Part shown: one piece after another, positions 45,972 through 59,336 of the stretch
How the letters are laid out: each line of letters starts with the position of its first letter
Numbering within the stretch: position 1 is the stretch's first letter
Source: Auanema rhodensis
Lineage: Eukaryota; Animalia; Nematoda
Assembly: GCA_964057225.1 (NCBI GenBank)
Contig: OZ059899.1
Coordinates: 11,718,001-11,782,000, forward strand
Length of the DNA stretch: 64,000 bases
Direction of reading: 5' to 3'
The notes under the pieces: model-generated
Told to the model about the DNA's origin: nothing
Database searches by the model: none
The model's input: the letters and a program-made list of their open reading frames with translations, nothing else
Made by a program: the position numbers and the translations under genes

Positions 45972-47639
45972 ACCGTTCGGAGGCAGAGAAGGTTGGTAAC
46001 GAGGGTCGGCAAGGACCAGATAGACGAGACTGTGTAGGATGAGATGGTTGAAAAAGAAGTCGATGGTCAGGGCAACACGATTTGATAGGAAATGAGAAAA
46101 ACAGATTAAACAAAATTGCGTTAAAATGTTAAATTGGATATGATGTAATAGAGAACAGTTATATAAATAGCATATAGTTATAAGGAAATATATAGTTATT
46201 GTGGAAAAGATGAAGAGAAGAGTCTTAAGTTGTAGGTAAAGTTTGAGAAAATATATTGTTCGAATATCAAAGATTACATATCCAGAGGAATACAAAAAGA
46301 AAAGAAGGCAATATCAACGATGCAAAGTTGATCTGATGACAACGATAGCAATAGCTAGGTGATACAGGTATGAACGGATAATAAAGATGAATGAATATTG
46401 CCTGAGGCGAAGATTGAAAAGGTTCAACGATGCGGATTCTCGTAGTCACGGTGAAACGACGGTTGGGTTGAACGAACCGATGTAGAAACGATGGTGAAGA
46501 CGGTGAACGAGTGAAAGAAGAAGAGAAAGAGATAGGGGAAAGAAGGGAGAGAGAAAGAGAGAGAGAGAGATAGCTAGGTAGAGATGACGATCAAGTAAAC
46601 AGCAAGACACGTTGGTCAGTTGAGAGAGATATTAGAGATAGTGAGTTGGTTGAAAGGAAGAAAACGGTTGTGAGCATCAATTCCCCCAGTTAGTACCTTT
46701 CTCCTCGTATTCTCTCTTTTCCTTTCTCGCGAACTCTTCTAACCTATCCCTCTCACCATTTCTACTCGCACCCATCCTATCCCTGTGGTCAGTCAAACAC
46801 TTCTTGCTCATAATCGAGCACTTGTACTGTTTTCATCCACTTTGACTGCTTTTCCGCAATGTTGTAACCGTAAAACAGACGCATTAAGAGGTAAAACGAC
46901 CAAACAACACAATTTTACCGAAAAAAGGTGTTTAAACTGAGAAATAAACGTGAAAATTCCATCTGAACATGCTTCAATTTGAAATTCTCCTATGAGCACA
47001 AACATCATTATCGTCAAATCAAATGTCAAATGAACCTGATTTTCAGTTGTTAACTATGCGTAATCTCTCTTTCCTTTTATTTTATTTTATAAAAATAAAA
47101 TTTTCTTTTTGTCTACAATGATTATGAACTTATATCAGCTGATTAACTACTCGATTGAATTGCAGACAAGAAAGTCACGACTTTTGACGGCATGACCAAC
47201 TGATGATGATGATGATGATGTTAGAAGGGGGAAGGGAGAACGGGGTAGAGATAGTAGAAGAGAGGTGATTGGATAGCTAACAGAGGCTGGTAAATGAGAA
47301 GACGTATGAGAAGAGTTGTGTAGATGTGAAAAGCAGAATAAAGACTTGTATCTTCCAATATTTCAGTTTAAATTATAATCAATAGTACATAGTTAGTTAG
47401 TTTATACTATTATAATATATTTTTCTATAAAAATAAGTTGAAAAAATTATTTTATTGAATGGATTTAATAAAGTTTTTTTAAAGAAAAATATATAATTAT
47501 ATAGTTAATGATAACATTATCAGTTTAGGAATACGTAATCAACTGGATACGCTCATTGAATTGACTAAAAACTGGCTGCAATGTTGTAGAAAGATGTCTA
47601 ATAAGGCTCTCTCTCTTTCTTTATTTCTCTCTCTTTCTT

Positions 47640-47683
<44 letters not shown>

Positions 47684-48650
47684 TATATATAAATCTTTCT
47701 TCTTTAATTTGTATGAATGATAGAATACTGTAAAATGTTAGTAAGTGCATTTGATTTAAGTAAGACAGACTTCTAACATAACGAAAAAAAAAGAAAATTT
47801 TATGACTTCGCCTTAAATGGAAAAACGAACTAAAGAATAAGATAAATAGTAAGAATTCTATTGTTATTATTCAATTAAAAACTAAAATAATTATAAATTA
47901 CTGTAATCATTTCTTAACTATATGTATTATTATATTAACTATTTGTTTATTTTTTTTTATAAATTGATTATTCTTTATTCAATTGATATTTCATTATTTC
48001 CAAATATGTCTTTCCTCATCAACATCTCATTCTCTTCGTTTTTTTCTCTCAAAAAGAAGTTTTCTAAGGTTGATGATTCAGGAAATTTCCAAAAAAAAAG
48101 GTAAAACATTGAAATAGGAAAAATATTAGAAGAATTTTTTCTGTTTGAAATTTGAAAATAAACAGAAAAATAGTTGTAGAAACATCTGGATGATAAACTG
48201 GTTCGCGATCATATTACCAAAGAGTAGTAGTTAATTGCCAAAATAATTTGAAAAAGAAAAAGAAAATTCCCTTTCTACTTACAGAGTTTTCACGAAAAAA
48301 TTAAAGTTTAAGATAAGCATCTAATGTATGTTATAGATGTAAGTATATAGATTATTTTAATAAATATATATGTATGTATGTAGATGAGATTCTATATATC
48401 ATATATAACTTTTCAATTTATTCACATTTTATATGAAAATTAATCCTTTTAATTGGATTTTAATTAAAATATTTCTTCATTTCATATTAAGTACATTTTT
48501 AAGAAGAAATCAGTATATTATGAATTAATGTGGATGATGATGTCTCTTTCTTCAAGACGAATGAGAAAATGACGTGGACATTTGAATGATGATAGTCATG
48601 CAATGAACAAGATTTTTTACTTTTCTTATTTAGATTAAGAACAATTGAAA

Positions 48651-48707
<57 letters not shown>

Positions 48708-49740
48708 GGGAAAGATCAACTATTATTACAAAGAAATAGTACATGTTAAGTGAATATATCCAAATATTTATATATATAATTAGAATATTTTATTATTATT
48801 ATTATTCTAAAAATAAATAAAAGAAAATAAATAATTTTTTCTACTAATTCATTGAATTTAATGAGAGAAATTTGTGATTTGTTTCAATGCGATGACCTGC
48901 TTTTCACATCACAGATCTTTTCATGTTTCGTAAAAATGTTTAAGAAATAAGAAAGTTATTGTAAATTAAATATTATTTTTAAATAATATTCTTTATTAAA
49001 ATATATAAAATAATAATAATAATTATTATTATATTATAATATTCAATGAAAAGTTTAAAAGAAACGAAGAGATATATAGAATGAGATTACCAAAGAATCA
49101 GCGAAAATGTTGAAAAGGTGAAAGTTCTTTCAACATTTTCAGAAGAAATTTCAATAAAAAAAAACATTAAAATGGTCTTGCTCTCGTGATATCAAAATAG
49201 AAAATTTGAAGAAATTGAAAAGACAATTTGCTTTGAGACGAATGTGAGAAATTGCAGGTTAATCGTTTTCCTTTTACTAAAAGAAGAAATCGGGACTACT
49301 GTTCGAATCAATATGCTAGGACACGTCTTCTCGCAATCTCTCAATTACCGTTTAAAATTAAAAAGAGAAAAGATTTAAAAAAGTAAAATTAATAATTTAT
49401 TTATTTATAATTATATATATATAGTTTAAAAAATAAAATTAATTATATATACATGTATAGATAGATAGATAGATAGATAGATGTAGATCTCTATATATCA
49501 TATAGTATATTATTTAAATTATATAATATAAATTATTAAATAAATACATTTTTAACTTTTTTTTATATTTATCTTTAGAAAGTTTTGTAAGAAAATGATA
49601 GTTTATTGTTGGTCCGGATGATATGAGAAGCAAACTGGGTCTTGCGACGACCCAGATTCTTGTATCAGAATGTTAGTACTAATGTATTGGGGGTGCCAGG
49701 TATAACACAACAGTAACAATATAGAAATATAGAATAAAAA

Positions 49741-49892
49741 TTAGATTTTGATCAACTGGAACGTATCCTTTTCCCAATCAGGCACGATCCCCACTCCCAG
49801 TTTCCTCAAAGAGTCCAATCCGAGTAGATTGGCTTCAGCAAAATGTTGCTTAGAGGTTAGTGGGGTTATGAGTTTAGCGAATGAAACTGTGT
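49741..49892 (-). pseudogene. Orphan 3' exon of a retropepsin-like (clan AA) aspartic protease
   Basis: After a TTTAG acceptor the frame reads TVSFAKLITPLTSKQHFAEANLLGLDSLRKLGVGIVPDWEKDTFQLIKI*, containing the NLLG.D.L..LG..I motif of retropepsin C-termini. No intact upstream D-T/S-G exon found. Confidence 0.5.
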
Positions 49893-50668
49893 CTAAACGT
49901 ATGAAATATCACAAATGGTATTATAATCTTTCAATACATAATTACTAATGTTTTGATCATTTTAAATACTTTTTGTTAAAACATAGTACATGTATAAATA
50001 ATATTTTATATAAACATTTACATGAAATTCAACAATACTTGAATGGTTCAACAATATATTTTGTGGATGACTAGATGAGTATCATCAGTGAAAGTTCATA
50101 CATCTCATCTATGCTACAGTGTATGATGATGGATACGAAGTCTGAAATAAAAGAAATTATTAATTAAAACCTTCAAAAAATAAAAAGATTTTTTTTAAAT
50201 GTAAAGTTTGTAAAATATAATATTTTTTAAATTTTAAATTTATTTTTTTTAAATTTTGTAAAATTAGCATAAAAATCTGAATGTTTCAAAGGGGGCCGGG
50301 AATCAATACAACCACCTAAATATAAATAAAATATAATTTTAATTATTAATAATAATAATAAAGAAAATATGTTTATATAATACATATAGATCTATATATA
50401 ATATATATTTATTATTATTTAGTTTAGTTTATTAACATTAGTCACATAATAATAATAATAATGACTTGTACAGATTGAAAAGCAGAAGCAAATGTTAAAC
50501 ATAAAATACATATATCACTATTTTGAAGGCAATGGGGTCAAGCCTATTGCACGGCCATAAATGTCTCTTTTCACTTGCAAGCTTCTATAGCCGGCTATTT
50601 GTGAAAGAATGCTTTGCCATATAAGTCTGATAGGCATAGATGGAAAAAGAGTAAGAAATAGTTGAAAT

Positions 50669-50718
<50 letters not shown>

Positions 50719-52953
50719 ATTGAAGAAATGGTTTGAGTATGAGAGAGACAAGGACAAGAATAACTAACAGGCCGTTTGGGGTCTTAGGAGACCATTTAGG
50801 TCATTTATCAAAGCATTAATAATCTCGACTGGTCCATCTCAAGCTTCTTTCCTCTTTTGCACTCCAACACACATTCTCTCCTTCTCTTTCTCTCTTATTG
50901 GCTTCTCCCTCATTCAGTCCCTTACAAAGATATCTTTCAGTTTCAATTCTATCATTAAGACAATGACTATCAAGCTGAAATTTCAAGTTGCAAGACTAAC
51001 AAAGCTCTTAAACCATTCATTTTCTATATGGATGCAAAGCAATTCACAACTTTGTTCGCCAAGTTTCATTAGATGGCTCATCTCTTCTGTATAATACAAA
51101 GTGTCTATGTTATGTTTATATTTTAATAAAAACTTATAGAGAGAATTGTTCTCTCTCTCTCTCTTTCTCTCTCTTAGCCTCTCTATCTTCTCTTATAGTA
51201 ATCTAGTATGAATCAAAAAAAGTCTCATATTTGACCATCGTCTGATCCATGCTATCCGTCATTCGTGCCAGATTTCAGAAGCCAGCTATTCGTTACTTAT
51301 CTATCATACTTCTTCACACTTCCATCTACTCCGTTTGTGACATTTCATGAAAAACAAAGGTCTTCTTGTCTTAAAAGATGGCAACCAAATGAATTTTTCT
51401 CATCCATCTACATATCGTTTTTAGTTCTTTTCCATTTTTACATTCATTCATTTTCAAATATAGCATATAAATTTTAAAAATTCAGATATAAATAGCATAA
51501 ATAGTATAAAAGATTTCTCCCTAAAATTTATGTAAAGGCAATTGTCTTCTTCTTTTCTCTCACTCTTTTTTTTTAAATTTTCAGTTTTTTTTCCTCCTCT
51601 CCATCTCATCCGTCCCTCCTTCTCTCTCCCTCCTTCTCTCCCTCTCTTCCTTGTTCACTAAAACAAATCTACTGTAATATTATTTATTTTTCAACTAAAT
51701 ATACATATAATATATATATATAACTACCGTATATAATATATATAAAAGAAAACTATTAGATAATATGAATGAGATGCGGAAGAAAAAGCATAAAATAAGA
51801 TTTTTTATAGTTAAAAATACAAATCAATAAGTTAATTTTTAAACATTTAAATGAAAGAACGAAAAGATATTACATTTATTGGTACCACTTATGTTTCCAA
51901 ATGAGCAATTGTCAAGATTCACAAATCGATGAACATGAAGCTTCAAATATTTCACTAACCTTATATGTTTTCTACCTTTCATGAATATTTTTTTGTAAAA
52001 AAAAATATAGTTTCATTAGATTTATTCATAATTTCAAAATAAAATAAAAAACTTATTTAGTTAGAGCTTTGTTGTTAAAACTTCATTATACCGTATACCA
52101 CATATCACTAGAACTTACATCCTTACACTCTTTCAATATATTTCTTTCTTTATTTTTATTAAAATTAACTCAAATAAACTGTTTTCCCTCCATTTTGCAC
52201 CAATATTCGTCTTGTATGGAAAAACAAAAAAAATCTCAAACGACATTATATAAGAATCTCTATTTACTACTGATCCCATGTATTTATACATATAAGACTG
52301 CGTCCGATTCAGGCAAGTAAGTCCAAATATGGAGAGAAGAAGTTGAATCAGAAATCCCAGATGATAAATGACTAGACTGGTCGGCAGACCCTCGACTCGA
52401 TGCACAAGAAGTTGGATGAGCTGCAGACGAGGGCGACGAAGACAACGCGAGACAGACACATTCAATGTTTCTGCTTCATCTTCGGAGTTTAATCAAGCTC
52501 ACTTGTAAAAAAAGTATATATTTCCAGGAAATTCGCTTTGAATCAATCTCATTCATCAGATGATTTACTTTGAATTTTAAATTTTTTCTTAATTTATATG
52601 TCGTATTAATTGAAAAATTTCGGTATTTTATCGTTAAATTTTAGATGATTTTTTGTGGATTTATGATAAAACAAAATATATCACTAACTATATGTATAAT
52701 ATATATATAACTATAACTATAACTATATATAGTATATGTATGTTTTCTTTATTTTATTCTCTACAATCTCATCCCTCATTCTTTTCTGCTTATACAAAGC
52801 TGAAACTATCAATTTCTTAGGCATAACTGAACAAATGCCATATTTTGATTTTTTTTTTAAAAACTTGAACTATCTATCTAGATTGAAACATTTTTTTATA
52901 TTTTAAATAATATTGATTTAAAAATAAAAACTTTAATAGAAAATAATGATTTA

Positions 52954-53265
52954 TTAGGTGTGCGCAAAAGTTTCTGGCCATCCGCATTGAAATTTTAATA
53001 AAAATTTTAAAATTAAAAATTCTCATAAATCAAATTCAAAATTATATTTAAAAAATTGTTTTAAATTTAAATTATTAAAGAAAATTTCTTTTTTTTACTT
53101 TTATTTTCACTTTTGCTCTCGTTTTCTGAAATGGCTTTCGACAAGCAAGACATTCCGTAACTGTCTGAAGCTGTATTTCAATCAAGGTTTAATGCTTTGA
53201 AAGCTTATAATCTTCTTCAATCCATGTGGGCACGATGAGGGCCAGAAACTTTTGCGCACACCTAA
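52954..53265 (+). mobile_element. Internally deleted mariner-family transposon (~310 bp)
   Basis: TA + TTAGGTGTGCGCAAAAGTTTCTGGCC ... GGCCAGAAACTTTTGCGCACACCTAA TIRs. From ATG 53131, a frameshifted MAFDKQDIRNCLKLYFNQG.NALKAYNLLQSMW resembles the N-terminal HTH of mariner transposases and runs straight into the right TIR. Confidence 0.88.
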
Positions 53266-54559
53266 CTATTTATTTTAAAATAATAATAATAATAATATAA
53301 ATAAATAAAAGAAAAATAAAAGAAAAGTAAGAAGTAGCTGATGATGATGATGATGATGATGATGATAGAACTTGTTCTTTTTTCCTTAATAAATTAACTA
53401 AAAAGAAGAAATACATCAACATTTACATTAAAAAGTTCATTAAATCATCATTTTCTAAAATTAAATTTCATTATAATTATAATGAATAAATGAAAATGTA
53501 AATTAATTTTATGTAAACATTACAAATAAATAATTTTTTTTCATTTTATTAAAGAAAAACTTTTTCTTCTTCTCTTTACATAACCTTTTTTTTCTTTTTT
53601 AATTTATATTTCTGATTCTTATCTCATTTCAACCGTTAATTCAAAATCTGTCACTTTATATTGTGAGTTCTGTCAATATAATATGTTATTCATCTATATT
53701 CTATACATATAATCAAGATCATCTTCATTTCCCGCCTATTTTAAAACTTTATTTCAACTTAATTTCTTAATTACACTCATAATTAGAATAATATTATGTT
53801 TTTTTAAACTTAAATATATACTATAACATATAAATATATACATATATATACTATATAGTTATAATTATTTATATAAATATTTCTAAATAAAAAAGCTTAG
53901 TTATATAAAGTTCGGCCGATTATTCAACTTAATCCCTTGTTTTATAAACATTTTTCCGTAATTTGCCGGCATTGTAGTAACATCATCAGCACCATCATCC
54001 ATCCTTATATACTATATCCCTTTTAACTAATACTCTTTTATAAATTTTCTTGTAGTTATAACAAATTTTCATTTATTCAAACATTTTGTTTATTTTCTAT
54101 GAAAATATTTCTTTTTTTTTTAGTTAATGATTATACTATTTGTCTGCTCATCTTGCTTTCACCCACCCCCCTCTCTCTCTCTTCCTCTCTCTCTCTTTCT
54201 CTCTATATCTCTCTCTCTCTCTATCTCTCTATCTCTCTCTCTCTCTATTACTTACTATGTCTTATTATATAAACATTAAAAACAACTATTTCACTCCTTT
54301 TCATCACAGTCGGTAAGTAAACTTCCTATACTAATCATTACTGTATACAGAAAATCATCTTTATTCGGAAACAAGGTTCATAACTATGTAACCTCAACGC
54401 ATCGTCTCTTACTGCCTATCTCTCTCATTATCTCTCAATCTCTATGTCTTCCTCTTCCTTTTAGTCCTTAACCTCTCTTGATTAACTAGGTGTGGTATAT
54501 TGTAGTTTTGTATCACATACACTTGTATAACATAAACATATCATTCAAATAACTTCTTG

Positions 54560-54563
<4 letters not shown>

Positions 54564-54627
<64 letters not shown>
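54564..54627. repeat. (CT)32 microsatellite
   Basis: Directly visible. Confidence 0.98.
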
Positions 54628-54631
<4 letters not shown>

Positions 54632-55768
54632 GTGTCATATATACATCTTCACAGGCTTATATTCTCAAGTTCAACAACTAAATTACAAAGCTTTAAGGCT
54701 TCTTTGATCTAGAAAGAAAACTTAAGATTTATATTCTATTCATCTTTCTTTGATACAAACTATTATAATTACTCTAACCATTTTGATAGTTAGGAAAACT
54801 AAGTAATTATTCTTCTTTCCTCATCAAAGACTTTTCATGTAATTCTTCCATCTACCAGATCAAACTCTCTTCTTCTCTCTCTCTCTCTCTCTCTTTAGTA
54901 ATTTTTTCTCTTTATAATAAGATTTGTGAATGTAAATGTGTCCAAATGCGGCAACGGTGATTGACGAGTTGTAAAGAGATTGTTTAAGGCAATTGGAAAT
55001 ATTTTTTTCTTAAAGAGAGAAGACACAAAAAGAACATTTAATATCCAATTCATTTCGCTTCTTCATCCCCCTTTCTTTGCTTTTCACAATAATTGTCTAA
55101 TGTAATTGCAACCCAATTATAGTTATGTTCAATTACCGTATACCGACAACGACATGGAGGTAAATGACAGATACGTAACAACTCTTTTCAATCACACGCT
55201 CTCTCATCACTCTCATAATCTCTCTCCTATACACATGCACTCTCTCTCTCTCTCTCTCTCTCTCTGTTCTATTCACCTTTACGTCTTCAAAATTTTTTAA
55301 ATTTCTTTCTTTCAACTTTGAACCATTTGCACTTCATTCAACTTGAGATGAATAAAGTTATAGATATGATGTCTGATTATAAGAAGCCTTTTGCACATTT
55401 TGAGCCTGTTGACATAGCAAAAGAGGATGTTAGTGGCCCACCCAGATAACCTGCTATGGTCATCTTCATCACCAAATAGACATCTTGTTCTTCAGCTTAT
55501 ATACATCACTTCTATATCTTCTTCTAGATTGTATTTATACGATCTTATACCTCTCTTTCACTCACTTCACTTCTATTACCCTCAATATTTGGATTCATTC
55601 TTTCACTCATTAACATCAACATCATCATCATCGTCATCATTCTTCAACTAATCAACTTAATATAAGCTTATGTGGAACTTTTTCTCAACATCATATCTAT
55701 CTCATTCACAATATCTTGTCGTTGTCCTCTTCATTGTCACATACACCTCTTCCTCAAATTATCTTCCC

Positions 55769-55824
<56 letters not shown>

Positions 55825-58800
55825 ATCTATTTCTTTTCCACATTCTTCATTACTTGACCTCTTTTTGCTACTCCACCTACCGTAATCTACTTCAATCAAA
55901 CTTTTAATATTTCACTGAAATACATTTGAAATATATGTATTTACCCTTAGTAACAGCTTCTTATATTCAGAATAACTTGCATATGTTTCATGTCTTTTCA
56001 TCTAATATGTTATTCTCATTCATATATAGAAAGCTCATCTGTTGCTCTTCTTCTTTTCATTATCTACCTTTATGAGAAAACAAAACGTTTTGACTAATTC
56101 ATGATATTTCCGACTGCACCTGCCTATTTCTCTCTCTCTATCTTTCTCTCTCTCTCCCTCTCTTTCCTATATTCTCCTAATTTGTAATACTCTCTTTATA
56201 TGTTCTTCTCTTTTGTATTTCTATATAAACTCAGAAATGCTTTATTATACAAAATACATTATTTTCTTTTATTTTCTAATTTGAGGTAAATCATAAACAT
56301 TCTCTTCTTTCACCCCCTTTCTCTCTCTCTCTCTCTTCTTCTTTCTCTTTCTGTATTTAACTCCTTTTACTTCCCATCTCAATTCAATACATATTATTCT
56401 AAAAAGTACTTTAAATGAAAACAGATCATGAAGAGCCTTGTGACTATTAGCAGATGATACAACGCAATCTCATTGACACTTCAATTATACTTCATCTTTC
56501 TTCTTCCAACTTTGCTGCAACCTTTTTAGCTTCCAGATGACAATTCTCTTTATCCTTTCATAAACATACGTCTTTAAATTGAGTAAATAATTGTATTTTT
56601 CCTCATTCATCAATAGAGTTATGAAATTGAGAAGTTATTCAATAAGCTAAAGCTATAAGCCTGGGATAGTATTGTCTATGAAATTGAGTCTCATCATCAT
56701 CTCAAAGAAATCTGAGAAAAATTGGAGATAAAAGTTTGTGACAGAGGAAAAAATGACACAAGATACACACTAAATGTAATAATTCTGTCAGAAAGTCTGA
56801 AGTATCTCTGACAACATAAGAAATATTTTTTAAAAATGATGTAACTCGTCAAAAGGGATGAATGATTTGTCTGAACAATGATGAGTCCTTTTCAATAATT
56901 TGAATTTGTGATTCTTAATTTTGACTGTCTCTCTCTACCTCTACCTCTCTCTCTCTCTCTCTTTACCTCTCTCTCTCTCTCCCTGTATGTTGATTTTCTT
57001 CTGTATATCATCATGATTAATTGAATAGAAAAGAAGATAGTAGTGTATGTACATGTAAAATACAACAGGAAATGGAGAGACGTATGAGCACAATGAACTA
57101 AATGCTCACGATGAAGCAATTCGAGACAGTTTTGAGTGAGAAGTGCGTCGAGAAATGAGAACAAGACAATGTATTTCCAATCAACTAACATCATCATCCG
57201 CTATGTCCTTCCTCTTCACTCTCGTCTTCATCTTCTTCTTATTCTCAATAATCATTTTCTGATATCAAACAACTGTAGCAACATTCAAATGTTTGAAATC
57301 AAATTATCACCAATAGTTATTCATTTCTGGATCTCTTTCATCTTTTTGAGTTTCTAAGCTTTTTTTGGGGGGAGGACTATTCAAATTAATTATTTCTTTT
57401 ACTGTAATTGAATACATACAATATGTATGTACAAGTTTTTCTCCTTTCTATAGTCTGCTAACTAGATGGAACTTTAAACTATACAATATGTATTATGCTT
57501 TAAACGGTTTAAAACTTTGAATAATATCATTTACTGTCTCTCTCTCTCATTCTCTCTCTATCTCTCTCACTCTCTTTCACTCTTTTTCTTTTTTCCTCTC
57601 TTTACTTATTTCCAAAATTTGCGTCAATTGCTTTAACTCTTTTTACTCTTCTCTTAAACCTGATTTTTCATCTTCATTTTTATATTTACAGTTCTAGAGA
57701 AAAAGAATATGAAAGAAAGAGAAAGCCAATGAATAACCGTATTCTTTTCTTCAATTTTCTTTTTTTTTTCTAAATTCTTCTTTCAAACTAATTTACTTAG
57801 GAATCTTATTTACAATAAATTGTTCGAATACTTACAACAGAATTACAATCAACCGAATCTCATGTTCGTTAACTTAAAAATGATTTTCATCTACTGTACG
57901 TGAAATCACGTAATATACTTAAAGTTCAATTTAAGCTTAATTATGCATTTCAAGCTTAATTATGCAAATTTATATGCTAATCTGTACTATTTATATATGA
58001 AAAAATATATATAAACATATGTATATGTACATGAGACTCTATATCATAACTATGAAAATTGACCATGACTGACCGGGTCGAAGTCTCATTCTCCCCTCGG
58101 GGCGTTCGTCGTGTGAGTTGGCTGTGACCCAATAGCAATATTTCTTTGGTCGGCCATGAGCATGATAAATCATGACGACACGGGGGCATTCTTGGGCTGC
58201 TCTCTATCGTCTTCTTATTCTTCATTGTCGTCTTTCTTTTCCTCAATCATTCCGAAAGAGAATGAAAAAAAGATATTGAAAGACTACGAGGGAAAAAAAA
58301 GGAAAAGAATGTGATATGAATTGAAACGATAGAAGAGAGATATGGATGCATAGAAACGACAAGTTGAACGCTTAGAGGCTAAGGGACGATCATTCTTTGT
58401 TGTATATCATTGATTCTCTTAGCTTTTCACAATCTTCCTGTGAGCACATATCATAACTACTGAAAGGGACGCTGAAACGTGGCCAAGTTGTTGGTCAACG
58501 AATCTTTGAAATGTATGACAATGAAGTAAGAAAACTGAGATAGGAAGCAAAACTTTTCTCAAGCTATCAGATGTTGCTTCATCTCTTCAATGTATCTTAT
58601 CCCCACTATCATCTGTTCTATCTCTAATTTAAGCTTAATCTTTTGCTTCTTCTTTAGTATAAGACTTGTGTTGAGAAAGGAAGGAAGGAAGGATCATCGA
58701 ATCATCTTCTACTACCTCTTGCCCCCGTCTCTTTTATTCTGTCAGTCTACTCTCATCCCACCCCACCTGCTACAACTGCGATTTATCTTCAGCATCCCCT

Positions 58801-59295
58801 CATCTATTCATCCCGTCCTTTCTCCCGTCAATCCTAAATCTTATCAGCTTGTCTGCGTCGTCACTTCCGAGCCATAACATGCGTGAACAGCAAATTCCAT
58901 TCAATCATCATCATAATTACCAATTTATCATTAAATAATTACAAAAATCTTCCATATATGGTATATTCAATATTTGAAAATGAGGATTTGAGCTGAAAAA
59001 ACAACGAAATGTCGTTGTTTCTTTTTTCAAAAAAAAAAAAAATAGTTTGCTTGTCTCTTGTTAAGCAATAAAATCTCAAATCAATTTCATTTGTTTCAAA
59101 TTTCGATCGTACTTTTGAGAAAAAGAAATAAAACATTTCACATAATATTATTTCTTATTATTATTATTATGTCAATCATATTAAATTATAAATCTTTCTT
59201 CAATTATTGCCCTTTGTATTGATTAAATCAATGAGGAATTTTTGAATTACATATAGTTAATGACATTTAATTATATAATTTTAAAATAAAAATGA

Positions 59296-59298
<3 letters not shown>

Positions 59299-59332
<34 letters not shown>
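59299..59332. repeat. (TA)17 microsatellite flanked by AAATGAAT/ATTCATTT, forming a longer palindrome
   Basis: Directly visible. Confidence 0.95.

Positions 59333-59336
<4 letters not shown>

Noticed and set aside
49103-49140. 13-bp perfect inverted repeat GAAAATGTTGAAA/TTTCAACATTTTC
   Set aside because: Isolated and AT-rich with no further context; bacterial-style terminator logic does not apply to this eukaryotic DNA.
49290-49320. tRNA T-loop-like GTTCGAATC
   Set aside because: No T-stem or cloverleaf around it.
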